Made by a program: the position numbers and the translations under genes. From Camelus ferus (taxonomy: Eukaryota), in the NCBI RefSeq assembly GCF_009834535.1, contig NC_045696.1, positions 51,276,001 through 51,340,000 of the forward strand: a stretch of DNA of 64,000 bases, given 5' to 3'. Below, piece after piece: positions 51,534 to 64,000 of the stretch (positions are counted from its first letter, which is position 1; each line of letters opens with the position of its first letter). Below the pieces are notes generated by a model, which saw only the letters and a list, made by a program, of their open reading frames with translations, searched no databases and was not told the origin of the DNA.

Positions 51534-53699
51534 CTAAGAGAGAAGGAACGTGTTACAGCTCAGCTATTTAAAGGACTGTGCTGATGAGACCCAATCCACC
51601 TACTGAGCACTGTTTTGTTCAATGGCATAACTGCCCTGCAACCCGGCCAGAGGCCACCAGCCTTAGTCCTGCGCATCACTCTTAGAACGTGCACTGCTGC
51701 TCACCACAAAAGCTGGGTAGGAGAGTGGGTTCAGCTGAATAAACCACTACCACGGTTAGGATATTTGTAATCAGAAAAATGTACTCTTAGAAATATCTCA
51801 TTTGGACAGATCATTTGTGAATTATGCAAGGTTACTCCAGATATATATTATACAGGATATATTAATCTGCATGAATTGACTCTGAATTCTGCAGGAAGCT
51901 GAAAATATTGTGGCAAAGGATAGAGTCTTTCTCAAGAATGTCTGAAAACTAAGGAATAATTACAAATCAGTAATAGCTCTTTAATGGTAATAATAGCTCT
52001 TTAATAACACTTCTTTCAATGCATCTCTTGCCACCAGTAAACTAATCACAGGGTACTTGTCTATTTCAGGATCAAAGCCTGGATTAAAGTTTACCATCTT
52101 CAGCTATTCCCAGACAATCTATTTGTGGGAAATATTTGTAAGCCCAAGATCACTGGGCAAATATCTGCAGTACATAAGAATAATGCTATCTAATTATATT
52201 TTGTATTAGTATATGGCTTAACAGTTTTCAAGTCTTCATCATGCAAGTCTCATTCAACAGACTGAGGTATCACACTCAATTACAAATTCTATACGAGGGG
52301 GAAAGAAACAGAATTCTTAATCAGAAAAACTTATCCTGGCTAAAATAATGTCACAGTTAAAATATCTCTTCTAGAATGGTTTGATTCCACGGACTAAGGT
52401 CTGGTAAGTTTTTAATTCTGCCATCTGCAGTGGTGCAAAGAGAAAAATACTGTGAACTACCTTATATCTTAGAAGTTTTTCGCTCTAACAGGGTGCCATA
52501 CTTGGGAACTCAAAGATGTTTTTCATGATGATGGAAATACTGTCTATAGACTCAGCCAAAGTAGAAGATGTGATATATGGAAACTCTGAAATGTTAAATA
52601 CTTTAAAAAATAGCCTTCTATTTCACAAATGTCAGTGGACATTTATTCATGAGAACACCTGCTTAAGCAATTTAGCATCAAGCAGTGTATATGTTTTAGG
52701 CCCTTTTAAATTCTGTGGTAATGATACATTATTAACCTAGCAAGACTATATAAAAGCCTTTTGAATACAGCAACAAGATTTCTTTTGGATCATGGTAACT
52801 TTTTAAGGTTATAATAAGAGAATGAAAGAAAAGCTTAATGGTACAAATTGTACTTAGTATAACAGGATTGAACAGCTTGAGTTAATTGGAGAAAACCACC
52901 TATTAGCTAACTGATAATTAAAAAAAATTCAAGATAGAATATATGTGTGCATGGTACATGAGTTTCTGTGACTGTATAATTAATGAGCATCTAACTATAG
53001 ATTTTATATATTCATTTGTTTACTTTATATTATATGCTCTGGACAAGATTAGAGTTTAATAACCTACAGAGTCTTAGTATAGCCTTTTATTTTCATTTGC
53101 TCTATTTTTTACAATATTATCCTTTCTTGATAAAATCTTTTGTTCTTGATTTCAGAGATTTGGAGCCTTTTTTCTTGATTCTACATTATATATATGTGTA
53201 TCTATCTAATATATATATATATAGACAGAGTAATTTTTCTGGTTTATGCAGATAACAAAAGATTTTCTGCTTACTTTTTTCCATTTAAAAATAACAGTGG
53301 AACTTTGTTAAGTAAAAGGTTTCAGACAGATTTTTCCTAAGATAGAAGATTCTCTTGGGTCTCAATGGAAACAAGGTTATCTAACTGACATAAAGAAGGA
53401 TAAATTGCCTATGGGAAGGGACCAAATGTTATGTAAGTCCAAAGAAGTATCCTCATGATCCCCCTTTGCTGAGAGACTAGGCTTAAATTAAAACCAGCCT
53501 ACTTGCTGGCAGTACTCAGAATAAAAACCAACGCTGGGGACCCTCCAGTGCCCAGTTTAACTTCACACATCTGAGTTAGGTACTAGCAGTACCATGTGGA
53601 GGGATGGAAGGGGCCTGGGGTGGAGGTGAGGGGGCAGAGGACCTTCTCCAAAAGGCTTTTCAAACATGCCAAATGCAATTATGAAAGAAAAAACATAGA

Positions 53700-54320
53700 A
53701 CTGTCTGTATAAAAATGCGTATAATACCCCAAACCATAAATTAACCAAAAAGACAAAACAAAATGAAAAAATTATAAAGTATATAATAAGTCAATAGTCT
53801 TAAAAATATAAAGAACTCCTATAAATAAGAAAAAGATAAATATTCAAGTAGAAAAATGTACAAAAGGCATGATGAGACAAGTCATTATTCATCTTTCCAT
53901 ACCCATTTTCAGATATATACATGATATATGTAAATGGCCAATATTAAAGTGTTTAACCTCACTAGTAATAAGAAAAAGTAAATGTCGAAGCAATAATAAT
54001 ATGAAAAACATTCTACCTGTCAACTTGGCAAAAATGATAAATATGTTATCAGGCAGGAAAACAGGCACTTCTTTGGTACAACCTTTCTGGAAGGGCAATT
54101 TGGTATAAGTTCTTAAAATATACACTCTATTTTTAGGTATTTATCCTAAGAGAAGCCTTATGGATGGGTGCAAAGACGTAGTTACTTATTCACTAAAGCT
54201 TTGTTTGTAATAGTGACAAACTGGAAACAACTTAAATGTCCAGCAACAGAGAAGGAGGTACACAGATTCTAGCTTGTGGTTCATGACAGAATATCACGCA
54301 GCCATTAAAAAGGGTGGCGC
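53700..54320 (+). mobile_element. Ancient L1 (L1ME-like) fragment; continuation probably at about 56900-57140
   Basis: Degenerate motifs ggtacaacctttctggaagggcaatttgg and ctggaaacaacttaaatgtcc. Confidence 0.6.
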
Positions 54321-54559
54321 TGGATGGCTGTCCTTAACCAGGAGTTATTCATCAGGTTCACCTATGGAACTTTAAAAAAAAATATGGTGCCCCCCACCCA
54401 GAAATTGATATAGTAGGTCTGATTCTGTAGTATACTGTCACCTGAGAACTACTGTTGCAGAAGTAGACTTAGTGACATAGAAAATTCTCATGTTATATTG
54501 CAGAAAATAATTTTAGACAAACAGAATAATTCGATTATTATTACAAAGAAAAATACACT

Positions 54560-56342
54560 CCTACCAAAGTTGGTATAGAGAGAACATATCTCAACACATT
54601 AAAGGCATTTACAACAAACCCACAGCCAACATGATACTCAATGGTGAAAAGCTGAAAGCCTTCCCAATAAATTCAGAAACAAGACAAAGATACCCACTCT
54701 CACTATTTCTATTGAAATTGTACTGTAAGTCCTAGCCACAGCAATCAACAAGAAAAAGAAGTAAAAAGTATCCAAATTGGAAGGGAAGAGGTAAAACTGT
54801 GTAGTTGTAGATGGCATGATTCTCTATACAGAGAATCCTAAAGATTCCACACAAAAACTATTGGAATAAATGAATTCAGCAAGGTAGCAGAATATAAGAT
54901 TACTATATACAGAAATCTGTTGCATTTATTTACACTAATAATGAAATATCAGAAAGATACCCCTCCCCCCTGCCAAATCCCATTTAAAATCACATCAAAA
55001 AATATCTAGGAATAAACTTATTCAAGGAGGTGAAAGACCTATACTCTGAAAACTACAAAACACTGATAAAGGAAACTTAAGGTGATTCAAAGAAATGGAA
55101 AGATATCCCATCCTCTTGGATTGGAAGAATATTGTTAAAATGGCCATACTACCCAAAGCAATCTACAGATTTCATGCAATCCTATCAAAATACTCATGAC
55201 ACTTTTCACAGAACTAGAACAAATAATCCTAATATTTATATGGAATCACAGAAGACCCAGAATTGTCAAGCAGTCCTGAGGAAAAAGAACAAAGCTGGAG
55301 GCATAACCCTTCCAGACTTGAGACTGTACTACAAAGCTACAGTAATCAAAACAGCATGGTACTGGCACAAAAAGAGACATACAAATCAATGGAACAGAAC
55401 AGAGAGCACAGAAATAAACCCACATACCTACAGTCAGTTAATCTATGACAAAAGAGGCAGCACATCCAATAGAGTAAAGAGTCTCTTAAGTACGTAGTGT
55501 TGGGAAAGCTAGACAGCTCCATGAAAATCAATGAGATTAGAACACTCCCTCACATTATATATAAAGATAAACTCAAAATGGCTTAAAGACTTAAACATAA
55601 GACACGACACCATAAAACTCCTAAAAAAGAACATAGGCAATTCTTGGACCTAAATCATAGCAGTATTTTCTTAGATCAGTTTCCCAAGGCAAAAGAAATA
55701 AAAGCAAAAATAAATAAATGGGACCTATTCAAACTTATAAGCTTTTGCGTAGCAAAGGAAACCATCAACAAAACAAAAAGACAACCTATGGAATGGGAGA
55801 AAATATTTGCAAATGATGCAACTGACAAGGGCTTAATTTCCAGAATATACAAACAGCTCACATAACTCAATAACAAAAAAACAAACAACCCAATCAAAAA
55901 ACAGGCAGAAGACCTAAATAGACATGTCTCCTAAGAAGACAGACAGATGGCCAATAGGCCCATGAAAAGATGCTCAACATCACTATTAGAGAAATGCAAA
56001 TCCAAACCACAATGAGGTATCATCTCTGGTCAGAGTGGCTATCATCAAAAAAATCTACAAATAAATGCTGGAGAGGCTGCTGAAGAAGAAGGGAGTCCTC
56101 GTACACTGTTGGTGGGAATGTAAATTGGTTCAGCCACCATGGAAAACAGAATGGAGGTTTCTCAAAAAAACTAAAAATAAAGCTACCATATGATCTAGCA
56201 ATCCCACTTCTGGGCATATAGCCAGAAAAAATGAAAACTAATTCAAAAAGACACTTGCACAATGTTCACTGCAGCACTATTTACAATAGCCAAGACATGG
56301 AAACAATCCAAGTGTCCATCAACATGCAATTGGTTTAAGAAG

Positions 56343-56387
<45 letters not shown>

Positions 56388-56866
56388 CAGAATATTACTC
56401 AGCCATAAAAAAGAATGCAATGTTGCCATTTGTAGCAACTTGGATGGACCAAGAGAATATTATACTAAGTGAAGTAAGACAGAAAAAAACATAATATCAC
56501 TTATATGTGGAATCTAAAAAATGATACAAATGAATCTATATACAAAACAGAAATAGCCTCACAGTCACAGAAAACAAACTTATGATTCTCAAAGGGGAAA
56601 GGGAGAGGGGGTGGTAATAAATTAGGAGTATGGGATTAACAGATACAAACTACTATATATAAAACAAATAAGCAACAAGGATTTACTGCATAGCACAGGG
56701 AACTATATTCCATATTTTGTAATAACTTATAATGGGAAATAATCTGAAATATATATGTATGTGTGTGTGTGTGTATGTGTGTGTATATATATATAAAACT
56801 GAATCACTTTCCTGTACATCTGAAACACAATATTGTAAATAAGCTATACTTCAATTTAAAAAAAAG
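54560..56866 (+). mobile_element. 5'-truncated L1 (part of RT through 3'UTR); (CA)n at 56348-56384
   Basis: ORFs [30 protein letters not shown] and KINKWDLFKL; A tail. Confidence 0.92.
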
Positions 56867-57533
56867 AATATGACAAATAAATGGACTTCCTTTTCCTGTC
56901 TTATATCAAATTAGATACCCAATGACTTGACTGAAGAAAATGTAAAAGCTAAATACAATAAAAAGAGAAAAACCTGCATATGCCTGAATAGAGAAAAGAC
57001 CAGATGGCTACATTTCAACATGTTTTTGGCGGTATCTCTAAATGATGGAATTATTGCCTATTTTTCTTTTTTTCCTGTCATTTTCTCCTACCAAATTGCT
57101 ACAATTAATACATACGATTTTTCTTATTAAGAAAATAAAAACTTAAATATTCCCCTCTTATAAATCACAAGCTTATTTAGACAGGAAATGCCTGATGATC
57201 AAGTAAGAGGCTTTCAAGAGTGGTAAACAATGCTTTACATATCTGTTCCTGAAGGAATCTTTCACTTAGCTGTTTTAAATTCCCTCTCTATATTACATTA
57301 CTACCAAGTTTCAACTATACCAAAGTTTATGTGGGATTATAAAAGAAGACTCAGTTCAAGAAAATCAGCACTGACTGAAAGGTAACATCTGTGTACTGTA
57401 GCAGCTCTCATCTTTTGGATAGCCCAGGCCAGGCGACCTGACAACAGCTAACATACCCCAGGCTACACAAGTGTAAAACTCAAATGCAAGTGTTCAATAA
57501 ACAGAAAGGCTAAGCAAAGGAAAAGCAATGCAC

Positions 57534-57780
57534 CTCTCCATTTCTAGGTGGCTCCTCCACGGCTGCTGCTTCCTCAAGTAGACTGGTGCCTGATGACACG
57601 TTTGCACTGAGTTTCCCTAGTGATGCTGCCTTCAGCAACTCATTCATTTTCTTCCTAGTTTCCTCCTTTGTTACAGCCAGCTCTCTCTTCAGGATCTCTG
57701 CATGATGCCAATGCTGCCATTCTGTGAAGTGGCGCTGGAGAACTTGTTTCCGGTTATACTCAGCGGCCAGTTGTTGTTTT
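57534..57780 (-). CDS. CCDC191: CCDC191 coding exon, the most 5' exon visible (gene continues beyond the window)
   Basis: KQQLAAEYNRKQVLQRHFTEWQHWHHAEILKREL...PPRNGE; ttgcttag acceptor; GAG|GTGCAT donor; all nine exons join in frame. Confidence 0.92.
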
Positions 57781-60700
57781 CTAAGCAACAAAGCGCTTCC
57801 ATTAAAAAAAAAAGAAGTCATTTACAGCTTTTTAGTTGATAATATAAATGAAACACAAGTCCAAAGGAGTACCAGAAATGCTCCATCTTAACTCCAGCTT
57901 ATCCCTTTTTTTTTTTAAGCTCAGAGGAATCGTTTTATAAAATTCCCTAATGCAAAGGGTCTGCTCATAGAAGGCATTGGCACCTCAAGGCATTGCCTCA
58001 GAAGGAGTGACTGTTTTGGTCTATCACATCACAAAGGCATATTAAAATGTTTGATTACCATAAAACAGTTTCTGAGAGCTTTTAGAGGGGAAGGAGCAGA
58101 AATAATAGGTATACAGACAACTACTCTTAAAAATATGAATGCATGAGGGAGACATTCAGCTATACTTGCAAATTAAGGAAGACAAAGGTTTGCAAGAAAA
58201 AGAAAGGAATGAAAATTAATTACTGACAATTCACTTGTTAAGTAAGTATAAGACTTATACAAATCAACATGAAATTATGAGGGTAGATTTTTCAAAGAAG
58301 GACTTCATCAGAGAAAGAATCTCTAAAGAGAAGAACTCATTTACCAAAGCCACAAACTGAATGAATGAAGGACTGCCTTATGAAGATACTAAACACTAGA
58401 AATGTGAGAAGAACATACACAAGGCACTTGCTCTCACGGAACTCAATCACAGTCTAGTAGGCAGTCTGGTTCACTTTCTTCCTAAGGAAGACCCCCTTTT
58501 GATTCCTGGAAATTTCATGATGTTAGGGGACATGACTGATTATCGAGCTGGGAACAACCTGCTACATTCCCCTCCTGAAGGGACTCTCCATTAGGAGATT
58601 TTTGTGGTACCAGCTGAGAATTCAAGAGTAGACGTCTCTGAGATCATTCTGTAAGTGGATGATTATCATCTCTGAAGAAGTGAGCAGTAGAGCTTGGAAC
58701 TTATGTCACATCAGGGGTCAGTTTTGAGGTTTAAAGTCTAATATTGTTTAGACACCTACTTGATTTTATCTTGTAAAGGTGACTTGAATAAGTTCTCTAT
58801 AACACTATTTGCATATCCATTTCTGTTCAACATATGTAATTCTTAGCTCATGAAATTTTGAGGATCATATAAAAAATTACAACGTTCTTAAGTCAATAAG
58901 TCAGGAGAACATTTCTACAATTCTTAAAAGCTTAAGTGACTTTTAAACCCTTTTTGAGTGGCACTTACAGTAAAAAAAAAAAGTACTACTCTATGGCTGA
59001 ATATAAGTTTATATGGGTATCTGTGTGTGTGTATGAAACAAAAGTATATATAATTGAAACAAAAGTTTCACCAAACAGTGTTTACCCTTACTACCAGAGA
59101 TGTACTCTGATATGTCTTTTCTAATCTATTTTATTTTTTAAAAAATACACCTCATCTTGAGCCTGATTTTAGGATCCGTTAATGAGTTAAAACCCTTAAG
59201 TTGAAAGAGGCTACTCTGGAGTCACAGAATTTAACCTATGTCAGAGGAGATGGGTGAAACAATTAGTGAGAGTAGTGTCAACTGAAATAATGAAATTCAG
59301 GATAAACACTAGGAGCAATTCTGCCAACAGTATACCTCATTATATATAAGTGCTTCTTTCTAATGCAATGATAGGTACTCAATAAATACTTGGTGATTGA
59401 CTGATGGTTTTTATAATAAAAACACAATATAGGCGGTAATTAACATTTATATATAATATTTTACTTTGATGGAGAAAAAGAAAGTATCTGAGACTGAACA
59501 ACCTTAAAATAAAAATTTTAGAAGAAACAGAACAATAATCAGGTAGCAATGCAAGTAAGAACAAAGCTCCAAAAATATCAATGTTTAAATGGTGAAACAA
59601 ACAAAAAAGCCCTACAGCATTTTACTCAAGTAAGTGGAAATCATAAACTTCCACAGGCTAGAAGATGTATGTTGCTCTGTCTGATTAATGTGAAATTTGA
59701 TTTATATCAATCTGCTTAGGAAGAAGGAGTATGAAATTTACCGGATGTGCTAATTTCATGTTTTCACAGCGTAAACAGCCAAAAGATGCACTGGGGTTTT
59801 GACTGTCAAGGAGAGGATTATTTGGACAGTATGAAAAGAGAAAAATATTTCTGTAAACATAACAAGAAGACTAAACAGTTAAAAAAAATGTATGTTCATC
59901 ATCGAGGTTAGAGCTCTCTCTATAATGATTACGTAGGGGATTTGAAGATGTGCATAAGATACCTATGTTTGTGGGAAGGGTAGAAACACAGAAGTTAGGG
60001 ATCCAGAGACAAGACTGGTTGTACTCCTGCTCCTTTGCAGTACACTTCAGCAGAGTGGCAATATTCCAGATAAGCCAGCTTCTGCACTTTTTAAATGATG
60101 GCACTAAAAACATACATAATTCTGAAAGTGAAAAACCACTTAAAATTTCTTAAAAGCTCAGACATGATTTACTTGGGTATGCTAACCCAAGGAAATGGTT
60201 CCACAGTTCTCACATAATCATAAAATGAAGAACAGTGTTCCTTTATGGAAAACATCCTGCCCTAGTATGTTTCCAAGCTGAAATCGGGGAATTTCTGGCA
60301 AGAACATATAAATTGATCATTACAATGCAGAGAAAGGCAGCCTCTAAAGAACTAAGACTATAAAATATAATAGGTTTAAATAGGAATTTAAATATTAACC
60401 ATGCTGCTTAGACTTAACACCTCAAATGGTACTTAGTTACTGATGTACATTCTAAAACACAGTAGTCAGAAGAACACTAACTAGGTACGGGACACTGGGC
60501 AAGCAACCGAAAGTTTCTAAGATAACTCCTCATTAACGGTGTCACCCTAACAACAACAACAAGCCTATCCTACAGGATTTTGTTTTTAAAGATGTAATTA
60601 AATTAAAAAAGAAGCATGAAGTATAAAACAAATTCATGTGTAAGGCAATAACACTATCTTAGGACAAGATTACTAGATATCTAAAAAGGGTCTTGAGTTT

Positions 60701-62226
60701 TTTAAAAGGAACTGAGAAATGATAAATAACCACATACGAGTGATCTTATTGAATGCTGAAATCTGATGCAGGACATAAAAATAGCAATGATGCAAACAGC
60801 TGCATTTGGGATGAGCAGGTTCAGCAGGAATAGTAATGAATAAGTTAATAATGCATTCAGTAATGCACCAGGTAGCTCCCAGGGAAAAAGTGGAAGATCA
60901 CACAATTCTGTTTGAAAGAGTTTTAAAGTGAGTCGCCAATGCAAGAATGGTCCTCCTGCCTCTCTGGATAGACATAACAGGAGCTTTATCAGCTTTAGAT
61001 GTCATGCATTTCTAGACTCTCTCTTGGGTACCCAGGTGAGCACAGAGGGAAGAACAGTCAAACATGACTGCCCTAAAGCATGCTGAAATCAGGAGTGCTA
61101 GGAATGGGGACTATCTGATAGTCCCTTTCAATTCAGCCTCCCCACCTCTAGGCTAGCCAGGTGAGTCCACATATGTGCTGGCTTACCAGTTTTCCCTCTA
61201 ACTGAAAAAAATGCTCTCTTCCATTTAGTGATGATCTGTCACTCTCAGAAGATGGGACCTAAGAATTTCTATTTTTAAAAAGTTGTTTGGAAGACTGTAA
61301 AGTATGATAGCCAAGTCTATGTCACCCTTAAGTTTCTATCCTACTGTGCCTTCTGTTGCAATTATTTTTAATATTTGGGTATAATTTTTGACTTCTCCAG
61401 TTAGATTAAAAACTCCTAGAAGGCAGGAATGTTTAATAACTTTTTTAGTCCCCCTGCGGGTACTTAAGAAAGAGTCTAGTACATCAGTAAGCATCAGTAA
61501 AGCTGACTGACTGAATGAATATATGCTATCAAACAGAACAAATGAATGAGTGGATGAATGAATGCCACAGTTTGAGGGATGTCAAAGGGCTGGTTTTTCC
61601 CCTGGCCTGCCACAGTACCTTCAAATTCCCATCACCTGCATCTTGGGCACTGCTTCCAGAAAATGCCTATTAAAGTATAACTTTCTTGGGAGGGTTAACA
61701 TCAATTGAGTATTATAGAGACAGAGTGTAAGGGGCCACACGGACACAGGGAAGAGCTAAAAGTATGTTCCAGGGAAGACTCAAAACACTGGTTCAAGAGA
61801 GGGCAGGACTGAGGACAGTGCAGAGGTTAATAAGGGAAGGACAGAGATGCTTCCCAGGAAAAGAACTGAGAAATCAGGGAAGTAGGCTCAGGAAGGGCAG
61901 GCGGAGGATGCTGAAAACAAACCCTGCTTCTTCCCAGTTTGTCTAGGGCTGGCTGTAAACTGAGAGAGGAGGAATGGAAGACCTGGAGCCAACTTGCAAA
62001 AGTGAATATGCTAAAGAAATTAAAAATACAGTTCAAATTCCAATACCACCATGTCCAAAGGTCTGACTTAGCATGTGTACCAGAATTTGGTTGTATTACC
62101 TTAGTGAGTGGATCCTTAGTTTAAGAGTCTGGGAATATCTGTCAACATTGCAATTGTATTACAATATTGTACTGAACTTTTATAACACTATTACCAAAAC
62201 TACTTTAAAAAGAAAAGAGACAAGAA

Positions 62227-62385
62227 GGAGGGAGGGTATAGCTCAGTGGTAGAGTGTGCTTAGCATGCACGAGGTCCTGAGTTCAATCCCCAGTACCTCC
62301 ATTAAAAAATTATAAATAAACAAACAAACCTAATGACCTCCTCCCAAAAAAATTAAAAAGAAAGAAAGAAAAATAAAAGACAAAA
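62227..62385 (+). mobile_element. Vic-1-like tRNA-Ala SINE
   Basis: ggagggagggtatagctcagtggtagag...gttcaatccccagtacctcc plus A-rich tail. Confidence 0.88.
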
Positions 62386-63354
62386 ATTCCTATTAGGGAA
62401 AGCAAGGTGCATTTTTCAGAATAAAGAGATGGATGAGCCCTTGGGGTGGAGGTGAGGCTCTGAGCACAGGCTCAGTAAGAAAAGATGGTGGCTAAGTTAT
62501 GACTAAGAAGAAAAGAGGGATCTCTTTTGATCCAAAGAGATACTGGGAAGAACAAAAAGGAAAGAAGGAAAAGAAAGAATCCCAAAAAGGCTGGGCCTTG
62601 CATGGGGGACAGGCCAGTAAGAGGAAAGCCCAGGTGGCAAAAGCAAATGTGGATGCAAGAGCTGGAGGGTAAGGACACAGCTGACATCTGAGAAACAGAC
62701 ATAGCAAATGTCTTCCATGTCCAGGTGGATGGGCCAAAGAACCACCTATGTTTTGTCAATCTGGTAAGAGTTTAGTTTCTACAATGAGTAACCCATTATA
62801 ATAAATACTCTGTATCTCTTGAGCTCACTGTTTAGAAAAAAAAAATGCTTGAAAACGTTGAGTTAAACTGCAGGGGAGGAAGTAACTGAGCTCTTCATTC
62901 ATCCACTGACTCACCCCTTATTTAACAAATATGTATTCAGCGTCCACAGAGGAACTGGGAGAAACTCCTATGCGCTTGGTGAAGAGAGTCCCAACTCTCC
63001 TGACACCCTCAGTCCCACTGACATTTCTTGTCTTTCTGCTTATAGTAGCTACGTTTGAGCTTTTTTCTCCACCTCTACTACCCTAACCTTCTTTGAACAA
63101 AATCACCCAACAATTTCCTGAAAACTGTCTGCTCTAGAACAAAAAACAACATGCAGAGAGTCAGGGATTTGTAGGAAAGCAGCATCAAGGACAGTTTGTA
63201 TCTAATACCTCCTTTCTTCTATTTCTAGCATGACTTGTCATTTGTTAATTACTGTTCTCATTTTACATCTGTAACCATCTGAAGTCAGCTGCAATGTAAC
63301 TGAAAACCATGGTTGTCTTAGGGAGCCATCACCTAGATGCCATTTAACTAGCAG

Positions 63355-63530
63355 CAGCATGGAGTAGGAAAAAGCACCTGACTCAGAATCAAAAGCACCA
63401 GGCTCTAGTCCTGGACTGGCTACTGCATGACCCTGAGAGAGCTGTTTACCTTTTCTGTGCCTTACTTTTATCATCTGTAAAGTGAGGAGCTGGATCAGAT
63501 GCTCCTTGAGGTGCTTTCCTGCTTTAAGAA
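63355..63530 (+). mobile_element. MIR
   Basis: gcagcatggagtagg...tgtgccttacttttatcatctgtaaagtgagg MIR core. Confidence 0.65.
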
Positions 63531-64000
63531 TTTTCTGCTATAAAGTTTTATAGTAAAAAAAAAATATTATAAGTTAAATATTTTCTAACTCTGACAGTTA
63601 AAAAAATGTAGTACCCATTCTGAGCATTTAAAAATAGACACGTGAAAATAATTCACAGATATGAGACAAGAAGTTCTCAGAGGATCTTTAAAAAAAATTG
63701 GCACATAATGCTATTATGAAATCCTCACTTAGTGCTTTTATATTTAAATAGTTTAGTTGGAATGGAATCTCACATTCTTCAGATTTTTCTTCCAGCATGT
63801 AAATTTCCTAGACCACTTTTAACATGTCAGTTTCCACTCCCTTCATGCCCTCACTCATGATGCTTCTCCTTTCCAACACCTCCAATTTCTCTTCTTTATT
63901 CAACAAATCCAGCGTTCAGCAAGCTATCACCCCAAGTTCTTAGATCAATCACTAGGCCCTGAGAATTTAGAAACAAATTTTGAAAGAGCTTTTTTTTCCC

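Noticed and set aside
51970..52010. Short direct duplication (taatagctctttaat x2) and similar micro-duplications at about 3181 and 61482
   Set aside because: Two-copy slippage products with no spacer or array structure
63760..63970. Purine-rich minus-strand stretch as another CCDC191 exon
   Set aside because: No clean frame with splice sites or recognisable CCDC191 peptide; more like an old repeat remnant
1..64000. CRISPR arrays, rRNA, prokaryotic operons or an intact autonomous retroelement
   Set aside because: None seen; this is spliced mammalian DNA and all L1/ERV ORFs are disrupted

Overview
Mammalian genomic DNA, most likely a camelid: four copies of a tRNA-Ala-derived SINE resemble Vic-1. 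The window matches the GRAMD1C-ZDHHC23-CCDC191 syntenic block as I recall it from human. It holds the last exon and 3'UTR of GRAMD1C (+), then a CpG-island promoter and the complete palmitoyltransferase gene ZDHHC23 (+). ZDHHC23 has 4 coding exons: 4742-4884, 6832-7542, 8946-9113 and 10964-11231 (429 aa). The last 9 coding exons of CCDC191 (-, about 526 aa) converge tail-to-tail with it. CCDC191 introns contain L1s, MaLR/ERVL LTR elements, SINEs and an ATP5PB processed pseudogene. I found no convincing new biological system. The best leads are an L1 5' end about 28 nt from a CCDC191 acceptor with an antisense frame open into the exon, an internally deleted L1 with an atypical 3' tail, a GC donor, a weak GAG acceptor beside the DHHC motif, and a uORF/near-cognate start cluster in the ZDHHC23 leader. 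Gene and repeat names come from recalled sequences, not database searches. Repeat boundaries are approximate.
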